Source of the DNA: Squalus acanthias
Taxonomy: Eukaryota
Length of the DNA: 64,000 nt
Reading direction: 5' to 3'
NCBI GenBank assembly: GCA_030390025.1
Contig: CM059452.1
Span: forward strand, 10,230,001-10,294,000
A model generated the notes under the pieces. It made no database searches and was not told where the DNA came from. It worked only from the letters and a program-made list of their open reading frames with translations. Position 1 is the first letter of the stretch, and each line of letters opens with the position of its first letter. This document shows, one piece after another, positions 1-11,497 of the stretch. Made by a program: the position numbers and the translations under genes.

Positions 1-250
1 GCCGTCCTTCGATCAGAGGTTTAACCGAGTCCCGCCAGCCAGTTCAGGGAGATGTTAAAGAATCCCCGGCACTACTGGAATAAGAGCGGGAGATTCTTCC
101 GGTGTCTTGGGCCCACATTCCACCCTCAATAAACACCACCCAATAAAAACACATGAGCCGACCTCCCAGCTTATTAATGTGGGGCAAAGGACAGCGGCAG
201 CCTTCGCCGACAGAACAACTCCCCCCTGTACAATGTGGGAGGGGCTTTCA
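1..250 (+). mobile_element. SINE fragment (DeuSINE/SacSINE1-like body)
   Basis: GCCGTCCTTCGA...GATGTTAAAGAATCCCCGGCACTA...GAGCGGGAGATTCT resembles the reverse complement of the SINE body at about 14160-14290. Family name is from recollection. Confidence 0.4.
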
Positions 251-473
251 CATCGGGCTCAGAGACCCAATGAAGCGCCAGAAAACTGCAGGTTATTCTT
301 TAAACCTGTCGCTTATTCACACAACTCACAGCCAGAGATCCGGGAACCGTGCGGCCCATCAGTGATCTCCGGGGCACCGCCCTGTGGAAATCAACTCGAC
401 CCCCTAAAGTATTTCAGTCCAGCTCTGAGGTACAGTCTCCCAGAACAGTCCAGGGCTGCAGTTTCCAGCTCCC

Positions 474-484
474 CGTCATATAAA
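474..484 (+). promoter_or_regulatory. Putative NAR-TCR V promoter (CRE half-site + TATA)
   Basis: CGTCA at 474-478 abuts TATAAA at 479-484, about 25 nt upstream of the leader ATG at 509. Confidence 0.4.
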
Positions 485-508
485 CCATCCGCTCCAGGCA
501 GCAGAACG

Positions 509-989
509 ATGGGAATCCTCCTTGTTTTCACCCTGTGTGTCTGTTTACCCCGTGAGTACCGATCAAACAAACCGACATTGTGTGGATTTAATATAAAGCT
601 GCCCGGGTCCATCAAATTGCGGACACTGTCTGGGTTTTAGCCCTGTTGTGTGGTTCGGCTCTGATGGTCCATTAAACTCTCTCTGTTTAATTTCCAGGCT
701 CTTTCAGTAATTCAGTGGTACAGACCCCGCCAGCGGTGACCAGGGAGGAGTGTCAGTCTCTCACCGTCACCTGTGTTTTCTATGGTGTTTTTTTTGCTAA
801 TCCTTTAACGAGTGGGAATTTCTTCAGACAAACCCAGACCGGGACAGAGCGGGAGCCGATCTCGAGTGAGGAGCGATTTGTTGTGAGGACGAATAAGGCA
901 GACAAGACATTTTCGTTGGAAATTCGGGATGTGCGAGTTGAAGACAGCGCCACCTATTACTGTAAAGCTGAGTACCAGTACGGTAACTA
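509..989 (+). CDS. NAR-TCR V gene segment (IgNAR-like V; leader 509-551, V exon 698-989)
   Basis: Leader MGILLVFTLCVCLP|GTGAGT; acceptor TTTCCAG at 697. V domain ...EECQSLTVTC...FFRQ...FSLEIRDVRVEDSATYYCKAEY lacks the CDR2 region as in IgNAR V and has an extra FR1 Cys. Followed by RSS, D, J and a leaderless V. Confidence 0.9.
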
Positions 990-1027
990 CACAGTGATGG
1001 GCCTCGGCTTCCCGCGATACAAAAACT
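990..1027 (+). promoter_or_regulatory. RSS of NAR-TCR V (two-turn type, 22-nt spacer)
   Basis: CACAGTG 990-996, 22 nt, ACAAAAACT 1019-1027. Confidence 0.9.
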
Positions 1028-1351
1028 CTCATTGCAGATTGTGACAGAAACAAGTGAAAAAGCGGAGTTAATCTGCTGTTAAACCCACAGTTCCGCCTCG
1101 CGCCGTCTGCCCCACAGTCTAGTTTATAATCAGATTGGATTATTGCAGTTAACACCTTGAGTTTTGTAAATGCTGAGTGTGTGCGGGCGGTGACGTCTTT
1201 CCCGGGATTGGTATCAATGAATGGCGTATTGGAATGACTGATCCCAGTTACAAGTCCCGAACACCAGAGTGGATCCTGTTCTAACAGCTGGAACCGGGAA
1301 CCGCGGTCCCCGCCGTGTAACTAATGTCCCCGCGTCTCACCGAGTCCCGGG

Positions 1352-1420
1352 GGATTTGATGCTGACTTGAAACACTGTGTTTCCTGGAACCTCACAGTGG
1401 CTGAGACCTGAGCAAATACC
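1352..1420 (+). other. NAR-TCR D segment (TTTCCTGGAACCT, 1380-1392) with 12/12 RSS
   Basis: GGATTTGAT-12-CACTGTG (1373-1379), 13-nt core, CACAGTG (1393-1399)-12-GCAAATACC (1412-1420). Confidence 0.85.
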
Positions 1421-1735
1421 TGTGTACAATTAAAATATAAATTCCCGGGCCCGGAACCTGAATTGTAGGTTTGATCTTATTATCGCTGTAATCTGGTTTA
1501 ATTTCATTGTAATTTCCTGCTTTCAGTTATCTTTATTTGCTATTTTCTCCGTTTCTATGCAGCGCCCATCTCTGGTCCGTGTTCCTGGGCCATTTTACTG
1601 AGAGCTCAGAGTCTCACAAAGAACAGTTTGAACCGACGGGGACTGTGGAACACGGAATATTGTTTATTGATCCCTGGAATAATTGGGCAGCGCCGACTGT
1701 CTGGTGATGTGTGTCCGGCAGATTGAGGTGTCGGT

Positions 1736-1828
1736 GGTTCTTGTACCGGGGTGACTGAGAGCGGTGTCACTGTGATTATAAATATGATACTGTGGATGGA
1801 TCCGGGACGGTGGTGACTGTCACAGCCG
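1736..1828 (+). other. NAR-TCR J segment (1775-1828) with 23-RSS
   Basis: GGTTCTTGT (1736-1744)-23-CACTGTG (1768-1774). Encodes YKYDTVDGSGTVVTVTA, then phase-1 donor G|GTAAGT at 1828/1829. Confidence 0.9.
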
Positions 1829-2156
1829 GTAAGTGACTCCAAACCCCGCCGTGTTACAGACTGTCCCGGTTAATGTTCACCGTCAGTTTATTATTGTGAT
1901 CACTATCACCTCAAATCCCTTCAAAATCAAAAAGAGCGTTTTCTAATGGGGTGGGGGGGGGTGGAGTTCATTGCAGTTTTAGATTGGGAAGCAGAATATG
2001 AACCGGGTTCGGGTCCGGGTGTGAGTCCGGAGAGAGGAGGTGTGAGACCCCCACGGAACGGCAATAGCGCGAGAGGCAGAACTATTCCTGTGATTGACAA
2101 GTGTCCCCGGTAAACAGCAGCCAAATAAATAACAATATCCCATTTTAATCCTGCAG

Positions 2157-2462
2157 ATTCCAGTTTCTCGGTGTCCCAGGGTCCGCCTCTACAATCCTCT
2201 GCTGCCGGAGACACCGTTACTTTAAGCTGCGAATATTCAGGGTTCTGTCAGCACACAGTACACTGGTACCGTCAGTCCCCAGGGCAGGCTCCGAAATACC
2301 TGCTTCAGAGACACACTTCAGGAGAGGGGAATAAAGAAAACGCTGCCGGGGGCCGAATTTCTGCTTCTGTCGATGGTGCGCAGAAAATCAGCCGGTTAAA
2401 CATCGCGAAACTGCAACTGAGTGACTCCGCTGTGTATTACTGTGCACTGAGTCCGCGCACAG
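2157..2462 (+). CDS. Leaderless supporting TCR-delta V segment of NAR-TCR
   Basis: Acceptor CCTGCAG at 2156, in phase with the J donor; no leader exon seen between J and this exon. DSSFSVSQGPP...LSCEYSGFCQHTVHWYRQ...DSAVYYCALSPRT has an extra CDR1 Cys. Perfect RSS CACAGTG (2463)-23-ACAAAAACC (2493-2501). Confidence 0.9.
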
Positions 2463-2745
2463 CACAGTGATACAGAGCACGGAGAGAGCCGTACAAAAAC
2501 CTGAACAAGGTGAGGATTACAGACACACAGTGATACAGAGCACGGAGAGAGTTCACAAACCTGAACATGGTGGGGATTACAGACACACAGTGATACAGAG
2601 CACGGAGAGAGTTCACAAACCTGAACATGGTGGGGATTACAGACACACAGTGATACAGAGCACGGAGAGAGTTCACAAACCTGAACATGGTGGGGATTAC
2701 AGACACACAGTGACACAGGGCACGGGGAGAGAGTAAAAATATTCT
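2463..2745 (+). repeat. 60-bp tandem repeat made of the V-delta RSS (5 heptamers)
   Basis: CACAGTG at 2463, 2526, 2586, 2646 and 2706. Units 2521-2580, 2581-2640 and 2641-2700 are identical. Confidence 0.95.
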
Positions 2746-3229
2746 TCACGGATGCATTCTCGACGAATCTTAGAGTTTTCCCGAACAGAAACAAGTGATT
2801 AAGCCCATCAAGTCTACACTTTCCTTTTCGCTCCTCACACACTTTAATATTCCCCTCTATCGAGTCTCCTATCCAATTCCAATGTTTAAATATTTCATGC
2901 ATTTATTCCACATTTTCCCCTCCTTCTGTGTAAATAATTGTTTTTCTCAACTGAAACATTTATATTTTGCCGTGTGATATTTCACCCTATGGCTTATATT
3001 TATTGTCCGCCTGTTTTCACAGGGACCAGCAGAGTTTTATCTTTCCTTTTCCTTGGTTCAATCTATCTTTCAACGCTTGGGTTGATGAGCGGTCACCACC
3101 TCCTGGAATTTCCCGGATTCGGTGTCGAATCTGCTGAGAGATTCTCTCCGCTCAACACGACACCCGCAGCCTGTCCGGACCAACAACCCGGCCAGGTCAC
3201 GGCTGAAGGAGGATGGGTTTAGATTCAGT

Positions 3230-3915
3230 GATTTAATGACTCGTCCATGGAGGGCTGCGGCTTCCACAATTCACGGCAGAGAAAAGGCCCATTGTGACAC
3301 GGGCCGGGCTGCATTCTGGGAGAACTGCCCGCACATGCGCAGCTCAGAAAAACCTTTTAATGACATTTTTTTAATTCTCTCGTGAGCCAGAATTTCACTT
3401 TAATTGATTAAGATCGAGCAGTTATTTTGATGGAACCTGAAGTAAATTTTCTTTTCAATCACACAGCGTTTTACGTCACACAAACATGGCCGACTACGTC
3501 ACACAAACATGGCCGCCGCCGGTTTGCCCTGCAGTTGATGACGCCAAAATCCCTCAGCAAGTCACAGCAACGTTATTGGCGGTTTCCCCCATTGATTCAG
3601 GGTCAGGATATCACGGGGCGTCTCCAGCCTCCGCTCAGCGCTAAAGAGCCCCAGTTTGTGGCCCCTGTGACCACTGACTCAGTCCTATGACCAGCAGAGG
3701 GGGCGGGGCAGCACGGGGCCTTTTAAAGGCACCCTGCACTCCATGAGAACCACCGAGCCCGGAGTCAGTGAGAGCCTGGGAACAGGGCAGAGAGACGAGG
3801 GTGACATTAAAGATGATGGAGGCCCCGGATAGAGGGAGGGATGAGAGATTGTAGCAGAGACGGAGTATAAGCACCAACTCCATACATTCCCAATCTCCCT
3901 TCAGACGGTCCATTA
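3230..3915 (+). repeat. Promoter-like dispersed module, inverted homolog of 47280-47885
   Basis: Shared blocks GCACATGCGC, CGTCACACAAACATGGCCGCC, TTTGCCCTGCAGT.GATGACGCCA, CCTGTGACC.CTGACTCAG and AACTCCAT.CATTCCCAA. Confidence 0.7.
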
Positions 3916-3949
3916 ATTCTTCCCTCTCTTAACCCGATGTCATACTTAA

Positions 3950-4270
3950 GGAAACGGTAGCGTAGTGGTAGTGTCACGGGACTAGTAATTTAGAGGCCTG
4001 GACTAATGATCCAGAGACTTGAATTCAAATCCCAACACGGAAGCTGGGGAATTTAAATTAATTTAATTAAATAAATCTGGAAAAATTACTAATATCAGTA
4101 ATGGTAACCATGAAGCTATTGGATTGTCGTAAAAACCCATCTGGTTCACTAATGTACTTCAGGGAAGAAAATCTGCCGTCCTTACCTGGTCCGGCCTATC
4201 GGTGACTCCGGACCCACAGCAATGTGGTTGACTATTAACTGCCCACTGAAATGGCCTAGCAGGCCACTCC
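3950..4270 (+). mobile_element. tRNA-derived SINE
   Basis: A-box-like GGTAGCGTAGTGG and B-box-like GAATTCAAATCCC. A related copy lies on the minus strand at about 8480-8765. Confidence 0.65.
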
Positions 4271-4319
4271 GGACCCCATGAAGTCTCATGGCTTCAGGTC
4301 AAGCATGGGCAAGGAAATG

Positions 4320-6742
4320 TTGATTACCGCCCTCTCTCAGCTGATGAATCAGAGCTCATCCATGTTGAACAACACTTGGAAGAAACACTGAGAGTAGCAA
4401 GGGCACAGAATGTACTCTGGGTGGGGGGCTTCAATGTCCATCACCAAGATTGGCTCGGTAGCACCACTACTGACCGAGCTGGCCGAGTCCTGAAGGACAT
4501 ATCTGCCAGTCTGGGCCTGTGACAGGTTGTGAGAGAATCAACACGAGGGAAATACCTACTTGACCTCGTCCTCACCAATCTACATGTCGCAGATGCAGTA
4601 TTGGTAGCAGTGACCACCGCACAGTCATTGTGGAGACGAAGTCCCGCCTTCACACTGAGGAAACCCTCCATCGTGTTGTGTGGCACTACCACCGTGTTAA
4701 ATGGGATAGATTCAGGACAGATTTGCAGCTCAAAACTGGGCATCCATGAGGCGCTGTGGGCCATCAGCAACAGCAGAATTATATTCCACCACAATCTGTA
4801 ATCTCATGCCCCGGTATATCCCTCACTCTACCATTAGCATCACACCCTGGTTCAATAAGGAGTGTACAGGAGCAGCACCAGGCGTACCTAAAAATGAGGT
4901 GCCAACCTGGGGAAGCAGCAACAAAGCTACAACATACATGCTAAAAAGCGCAAGCAGCATGCTATGGACAGGGCTAAGCGTTCGCACAATCAACGGATCA
5001 GATCAAAGCTGAGTGCAAAAGACATGGCTGAAGCGTTTGCAACCATCTTCAGCCAGAAGTGTCCAGTGGATGATCCATATCGGCCTCCTCCTGAGGTCCC
5101 CACCATCACAGAGGCCAGTCTTCAGCCAATTCGATTCACTCAACGCGATACCAAGAAACGGCTCAGCGCACTGGGTACAGCAAGGGCTATGGGCCCTGAC
5201 AACATCCCGGCTATCCTGCAGAAGACTTGTGCTTATGAACTAGCCGCGTCTCCAGCCAACCTGTTTCAGTACAGCTACAACACTGGCATCTATCCGACAA
5301 TGTGGAAGACTGCCCAGGTATGTCCTGTCCACAAAAAGCAGGACAAATCTAAACCGGCCAATTGCCGCCCCATCAGTCTACGCTCAATCATCAGCAAAGT
5401 GATGAAAGGTTTCATCGACAGTGCTATCAAGCAGCACTTACTCACCAATAACCTGCTCACTGATGCACAATTTGGGTTCCGGCAAGACCACTCGGCACCC
5501 GACCTGATTACAGCCTTGGTCTAAACATGGGAAAAGGAGCTAAATTCCAGAGATGAGTTAAGAGTGACTGCCCTTGACATCAAGGCAGCATTTGGCCGAG
5601 TGTGGCATGAAGGAGCCCTAGTAAAACTGAAGTCAATGGGAATCGGGGAGAAAACTCTCCACTGGCTGGAGTCATAACTATCACAAAGGAAGATGGTTGT
5701 GCTGATTGAAGGTCAATCATCACAGCTCCAGGACATCGCTGCAGGAGTTCCTCAGGGCAGTGTCCTAGGCCCAACCATCTTCAGCTGCGTCATCAATGAC
5801 CTTCCCTCCAACATAATGTCAGTAATGGGGATGTTTGCTGATGAATGCACAGTGTTCAGTGCCATTTTAAAATCCTCAGATAATGAAGCAGTCCATGCCC
5901 GCATGCAACAATATCTGGACAACGTTCAGGCTTGGGCTGATAATTGGCAGGTAACATTCGAGCCATACAAGTGCCAGGCAATGACTATCTCCAACAAGCG
6001 AGAGTCTAACCACCGCCCCTTGACATTCAATGGCATTACCATCTCCGAATCCCCCACCATCAACATACTGGGGATCACCATTAACCAGAGACTTAAGTGG
6101 ACCAGCCACATAAATACTGTAGCAACAAGAGCAGGTCAGAGGCTAGGTATTCTGCGGCGAGTGTCTCACCTCCTGACTCCCCAAAGCCTTTCTACAATCT
6201 ACAAGGCACAAGTCAGGAGTGTGATGGAATACTCTCCACTTGCCTGGATGAGTGCAGCTCCAACAACACACAAGAAGCGCGACACCATCCAGGACAAAGC
6301 AGCCCGCTTGATTGGCACCCCATCTACCACCTTAAACATTCACTCCCTCCACCACTGGCGTACTGTGGCTGCAGTGTGTACCATCTACAAGATGCACTGC
6401 AGCAACCCGCCAAGGCTTCTTCGGCAGCTCCACCCAAACCCGCGACCTCTTCCATCTAGAAGGACAAGGGCAGCAGGCGCATGGGAACACCACCACCTCC
6501 AAGTTCCCCTCCAAGTCACACACCATCCTGACTTAGAAGTATATCGCCGATCCTTCATCGTCGCTGGGTCAAAATCCTGGAACTCCCTCCCTAACAGCAC
6601 TGTGGGAGTACCTTCACCACACGGACTGCAGCGGTTCAAGAAGGTGGCTCACCACCACCTTCTCAAGGGAAATTACGGATGGGCAATAAATGCTGGCCTT
6701 GCCAACGGCGCCCACATCCCATAAACGAATATTTAAAAAAAA
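4320..6742 (+). mobile_element. Non-LTR retrotransposon (Jockey/CR1-L2 group LINE), degenerate endonuclease-RT ORF2
   Basis: ORF fragments LDLVLTN, GPDNIP, RPISL, QFGFR, GVPQGSVLGP, FADE; stops and frameshifts; 3' end AATAAATGCTGGCCTTGCC...A-rich tail. Confidence 0.9.
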
Positions 6743-7125
6743 GTGGTGTTCATCATGGAGGAATACTGATTCATCAGCTGAGGGAGGGCGGTACGTGGTC
6801 ATCAGCAGGCGGTTTCCTTGACAATGTTTGACCTGATGCCACGAGAGTTCAAATGGTCCCGTGTCGACGTTGAGGACTCCCAGTGCCATTCCCTGCCGAC
6901 TGTATACCAAAATGCCGGCACCCCTGGTGGGACTGTCCTGCCGTTGGGACAGGACTTACTCAGGGATGGTGATGGAGGAGTCTGGGACTTTGGCTGAAAG
7001 GTATGATTCTGTGAGTATGACTATGTCAGGCTGATGCTTGACTAGTCTGTGGGACAACTCTCCCAATTTTGGCACAAGACCCCAGATGTTAGTGAGGAGA
7101 ACGTTGCAAGGTCGACTGGATTGTA
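6743..7125 (-). mobile_element. Inverted 5' fragment of the same LINE family (endonuclease N-terminus)
   Basis: Minus ORFs LTNIWGLVPKLGELSHRLVKHQPDIVILTESYL and TTYRPPSADES overlap the sequence at 4325-4370. Confidence 0.75.
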
Positions 7126-8479
7126 TACCTATGTCATGTCGGGAATCCGGTGCCCACATTGATGCTGTTTCGCTGTCCGGTTTTATTCCTATTGGCCCAA
7201 AAATTGCAGTTGGCTGCGTAGCTACGGAGTATGCCGCCGACCTAGAAAAAGAATACGTACTTACTTTGTGCGTGGCCGAGTACGGAGACTTGCACTTCGA
7301 CGCTGCACAGTTGTGCGCGGCGTATTACATCACAGAGGCCAGGAGCGCTGCGCACATCCTATGCGTAAGGCAAGACACGCCCACAAAAGCTGTCAATACT
7401 AAGCCACGCCCACAGAAACTCCTTCCAGTCTCTTCCAGTGAAATTACATTTAAACATTTTTTAGAAGCCTCTAAAAACTTGTTAAAAACTTGTATTTGAT
7501 TGTGAAGAGATACCAGAAAGGTTAGCAATCCTTTCAGACGCACTCAAAGGGTTTCCAATGTTTTACTGCAAGGGCGACTAATAAATTCGACTACTAATAA
7601 GGAGGTTTTAAGAGGACACTGAATGAAATGATCTTAAAGAGGTTTATGTGTCACAGCAAAGTTCAATGTGAATTAAAGTTCGTGGCTACAGCTAAAGTGC
7701 AGTGAATTGTCAGCAGGTCATTTTCACAATCATCCTCACTGTATAACTTCTATTAGATTTTGGAAATAACCCGCATACATAATTTTGCTTTATTTTTTCC
7801 ATCCACATCACAATCTATTAGTCCTTAGATATACAACTTCCTGCTTTGATACTCAGTAAAGCTCTAACAATGTTTCATATCTCCAACAAGTAATGTTGTT
7901 AGAATTCAGAGAGATTCCCAGCCATATTTTCAATGTTAATTTTCAGCCTTAAAATATATAATTCAGACTTCATTTAGACTGGTAATAGTGAAATCTATTT
8001 TCCTTGTTATAAATGCATTATATTGTTTGTTATTGTGAAAGGACAGAATTGGTCGCTGAAATCTGATAGATGTTCACTTTATTTTACCTTCTTATTCAAC
8101 TTCCCAAGTAATTAAAATGAAACTCGACCGACAAAAAATGTTTGCTCCACCAAAACGTACACAATATACAGACACAGATCCTCTTTTAAGATGTGAAACA
8201 GGCTCCTGCGCCTGCTTTCAGGAACCGTAACATTTTCGGACGTCATTGCTGGGCAATTCGCCCAACTCTGCGCCAGCAATGAGTATTTCCCCGTTGGTGC
8301 GGGTCATCTGTCAAGGCGGACCTTGACAGATCGCAAGTTCGGGATTTAACGCACGCGGAAATCCAGAACTTGTAGTACATTTCAAAGGCGGTATGATGGC
8401 ATATTGTATGCCAGAAAACCCACCGCAAAAACTTCCCCATTATACTCTGTCACAGCGGTTTGGTAGATCTGCGCGGCTT

Positions 8480-8765
8480 GCTAGGTCATTTCATAGGGAG
8501 TTAAAAGCCAACCACATTGCTGGGGGTCTGGAGTCAAACATCGGCCAGACCGTCAAAAGTGAAATGGATGTTTTTTTTATAACAATCTTGTAATTTCATA
8601 GCCGCCAGTACTGATACGACTTTTTAATTCCAGATTTATTTAAGGAACTGAAACTGAATTCCCTAGCTGCCTGTGGTGGGATTTGAATTCACAGATTATC
8701 ATAAATCATTAGTTTATGATTCTGGACTACTGGTGTAGTAACATAACCGCTATGCTACTGTCCCC
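8480..8765 (-). mobile_element. tRNA-derived SINE, minus strand
   Basis: Reverse complement contains GTAGCATAGCGGTTATG and GAATTCAAATCCCACC, similar to the SINE at 3950. Confidence 0.55.
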
Positions 8766-9009
8766 GGTTAGTTTAATTGGTCCCGAAACATCTCACTTGG
8801 CAGGTACAGGTAATGCCGGGGAAATAGCCACAGTTTTAATATCAAAAAGAACTTGTTGCTCATTTCAAACTGGAGATTTTGTTCTTGATTTCGCTGAAAA
8901 TCGCGAACAAAGGAACTTTTCACGTAAGCAGACACGGAGCAACTACAGGAATGTTTTCTCTCTGGTCCATTGACAGGGAGAATGGTTTGTGTTCATTAAA
9001 CAGGGACAC

Positions 9010-9093
9010 ACCAGGGTGGCCGAGTGGTTAAGGTGTTGGATTTAAAATCCAAAGGACTGAGTGTTGACCTGGGTTCCAGCTCCGCTCCGGGTA
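9010..9093 (+). pseudogene. tRNA-Leu(TAA)-like pseudogene
   Basis: ACCAGGGTGGCCGAGTGGTTAAGGTGTTGGATTTAAAATCCAA...GGGTTCCAGCTCCGCTCCGGGTA closely follows vertebrate tRNA-Leu(UAA). The T-loop is mutated (GTTCCAG). Confidence 0.6.
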
Positions 9094-9269
9094 ATCCGCC
9101 TCTCAGTGTTGCTTCTCCTTTGTTGCGTAAGGATGTCACGTGATCTGGAGGCAAGGCGGGTAAATGAGGTTGATGGGCAGATCAGCAATGATCTTATTGA
9201 TATTCGGGGCAAGCTCGAGGGGCTGAATAGCCTCCTCCTGTTCCTATAGAAGAAGAATTTATATTAAAA

Positions 9270-10320
9270 GTACAGAGACGGAGAGGGACAGACGGAGAAA
9301 GAGGCAAAGGGAGAGAGAGAGAGAGACTGAGAGAGAGAGAGAGAGAGAGAGAGATAGATTGACAGACAGAGAAAGAATTATCAATTTCCTACAGTAAAAA
9401 GATAGGTTCAGCAGAGAAGGCCACAATCGCAGATTGTTTTAGGAGTTTGTTAAGGCGGGTAAATTGAGTTAAGTAACAGATCAGCGCTGATCGAATTGAA
9501 TTCAGACTCGAGGGTCTGAATGGTCTACTCCTGTTCGTAATGTTTCTAAAGACGAACTTATCTTAAAAATACATAGACAGAGAGAGACAGTTGGAAAAAG
9601 TGGCAGAGGGAAAGAAACAGAGAGAGACAGACAGGCAGAGAGGAACATAAAAAGAGAAGGATAGGCAGAGAGAAACAGAGCGAGAGAGAGCAACAGATAA
9701 GCAGGCAGAGAGGAACAGAGCGAAAGAGAGTAACAGATAAGCAGGCAGAGAGGGACAGAGGAACAGAGGGAGAGAAAGAGGCATAGAGGAACAAACCGAG
9801 AGAGAGAGAGAGCGAGAGACAGATAAGCAGAGCGGTACAGAGAGTGAGAGACAGAGAGAGAGGAACAGAAAGAGAGAAAGAGAGACAGACAGAAAGAGGG
9901 GAACACAAAGAGAGAAAGAGAGACAGACAGACAGCAGAGAGGAACAGAGCCAGAGAGAGTGACGGACAAGCAGACAGAGAGGAACAGAGGGAGAGAGAGG
10001 CAGAGAAGAACATAGCGAGAGAGGAGCGAGAGTCAGATAGGCAGAGAGGTACAGATAGTGAGGGGCAGATAGATAGGCAGAGAGGAACAGAGAGAGACAG
10101 GAATAGGCAGAGAGGAACAGAGCGAGAGAGAGAGAGGCAGATAGGCAGAGAGGTACAGAGAGTGAGAGACAGACAGACAAAGAGGAACACAAAGAGAGAA
10201 AGAGAGACAGACAGACGAGCAGAAAGGATCAGAGAGGGAGAGAGGCAGAAAGGCAGAGAGGGACACAGATGGACAAAGAGTGAGAGAGAGAGGCAGACAG
10301 ACGGAAAAACAGAGGAATAA
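9270..10320. repeat. GA-rich low-complexity/microsatellite tract
   Basis: (GA)n and AGAGAGGAACAG-type repeats; the ORFs here are artefacts. Confidence 0.9.
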
Positions 10321-10853
10321 TTCTCAAATTCCTGTCATAAAAAGGTAAGTTCAGCACAGAAGGCCACACCCGCAGATCAGTTGAGGAGTTTTAAAGGACA
10401 CTTTGTATTGATGTAGTGAAGAGAATTGGGATTAAAATGATTAAATCCTGCCGTGCTTAACAAGATAATGGTGTAAAATGGGCGGGTGAATGAACTCTTC
10501 CTATTTCTGTGTTACACCTTCCTATCTTCTTATAGTGTCACAGCAACAACCAGTAACGGGGAGGTGACCCGGAGTGCCTGAGACTGCCCGCTTTCAAGAA
10601 CCACACATTTCCCACCTTCTAACCTCAATGTCTGAGAGACGCGCACCTGTTAACCGTTTTCTCTGTTCAGTTCCCCATATCCACACAGAACAGTTAAACC
10701 AGCGGTTTCCGCAATGGGGCCGTTGACAGCTCCATGTCCGTCGACCCGTCAAACCCTTATTCAGTTACATTGATATCACACAATAGGACAGGATTTAAAA
10801 ATAAATCTGGAAATCAGAAACCAATTAAGAGGAATAAAAATGCCCCCTCTGTC

Positions 10854-10991
10854 NNNNNNNNNNNNNNNNNNNNNNNNNNNNNNNNNNNNNNNNNNNNNNN
10901 NNNNNNNNNNNNNNNNNNNNNNNNNNNNNNNNNNNNNNNNNNNNNNNNNNNNNNNNNNNNNNNNNNNNNNNNNNNNNNNNNNNNNNNNNNN
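10854..10991. other. Assembly gap
   Basis: Run of N. Confidence 1.
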
Positions 10992-11497
10992 NTCTTTCTC
11001 GCGATTTGTATCTCTCTCCCTCTCTCTCTGTTCCTCTGCCTCTCTATGTGTCTTTTTCTCTCTGTCTCCCTCACTCTATCTCTCTCTCTCCACTTGCCCC
11101 GTCAATCTTTGTCCCCCGTTCTGTCTCTTTCTCTAAATGTAACGGTCTTTTACCCTTTTCTCTCTTTCTCTCTCTCTCTCTCTATCACTCTTTCTATCTA
11201 CTTTTTTGTGTCTTTCTCACTCCCTCTCTGCCGCGCTCTATCTTTATTGTTTGAATGTCAAAAGATGCATTTCCACATTTTTTTAGTTCAGATTTCGAAA
11301 CATTCGCAAATGTCATTTTACTTCAGTCAACTTTTTTTTTCCTGTTACAAACCCATAGCCGGAAACTGTCGGTATCTGATTCTGACCCTGTCAGTGATGA
11401 AGTCTCACTGTACACACATTGAGCTTCCATCCCGCAGGGTATGTTACAATCCAGCCAAAGTTTCCGTACGGGGCCTGTATTAGTTTAAAGCACTGTG

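Noticed and set aside
107-640. 177-aa ORF
   Set aside because: Non-ATG read-through across a SINE, the promoter and the leader intron; only 509-551 is coding.
9010-9093. Functional tRNA-Leu gene
   Set aside because: T-loop/B-box and stem mismatches; kept only as a pseudogene.
9502-10320. Long ORFs (155-210 aa) rich in S/L/C or R/E
   Set aside because: Translations of GA microsatellite; no protein signal.
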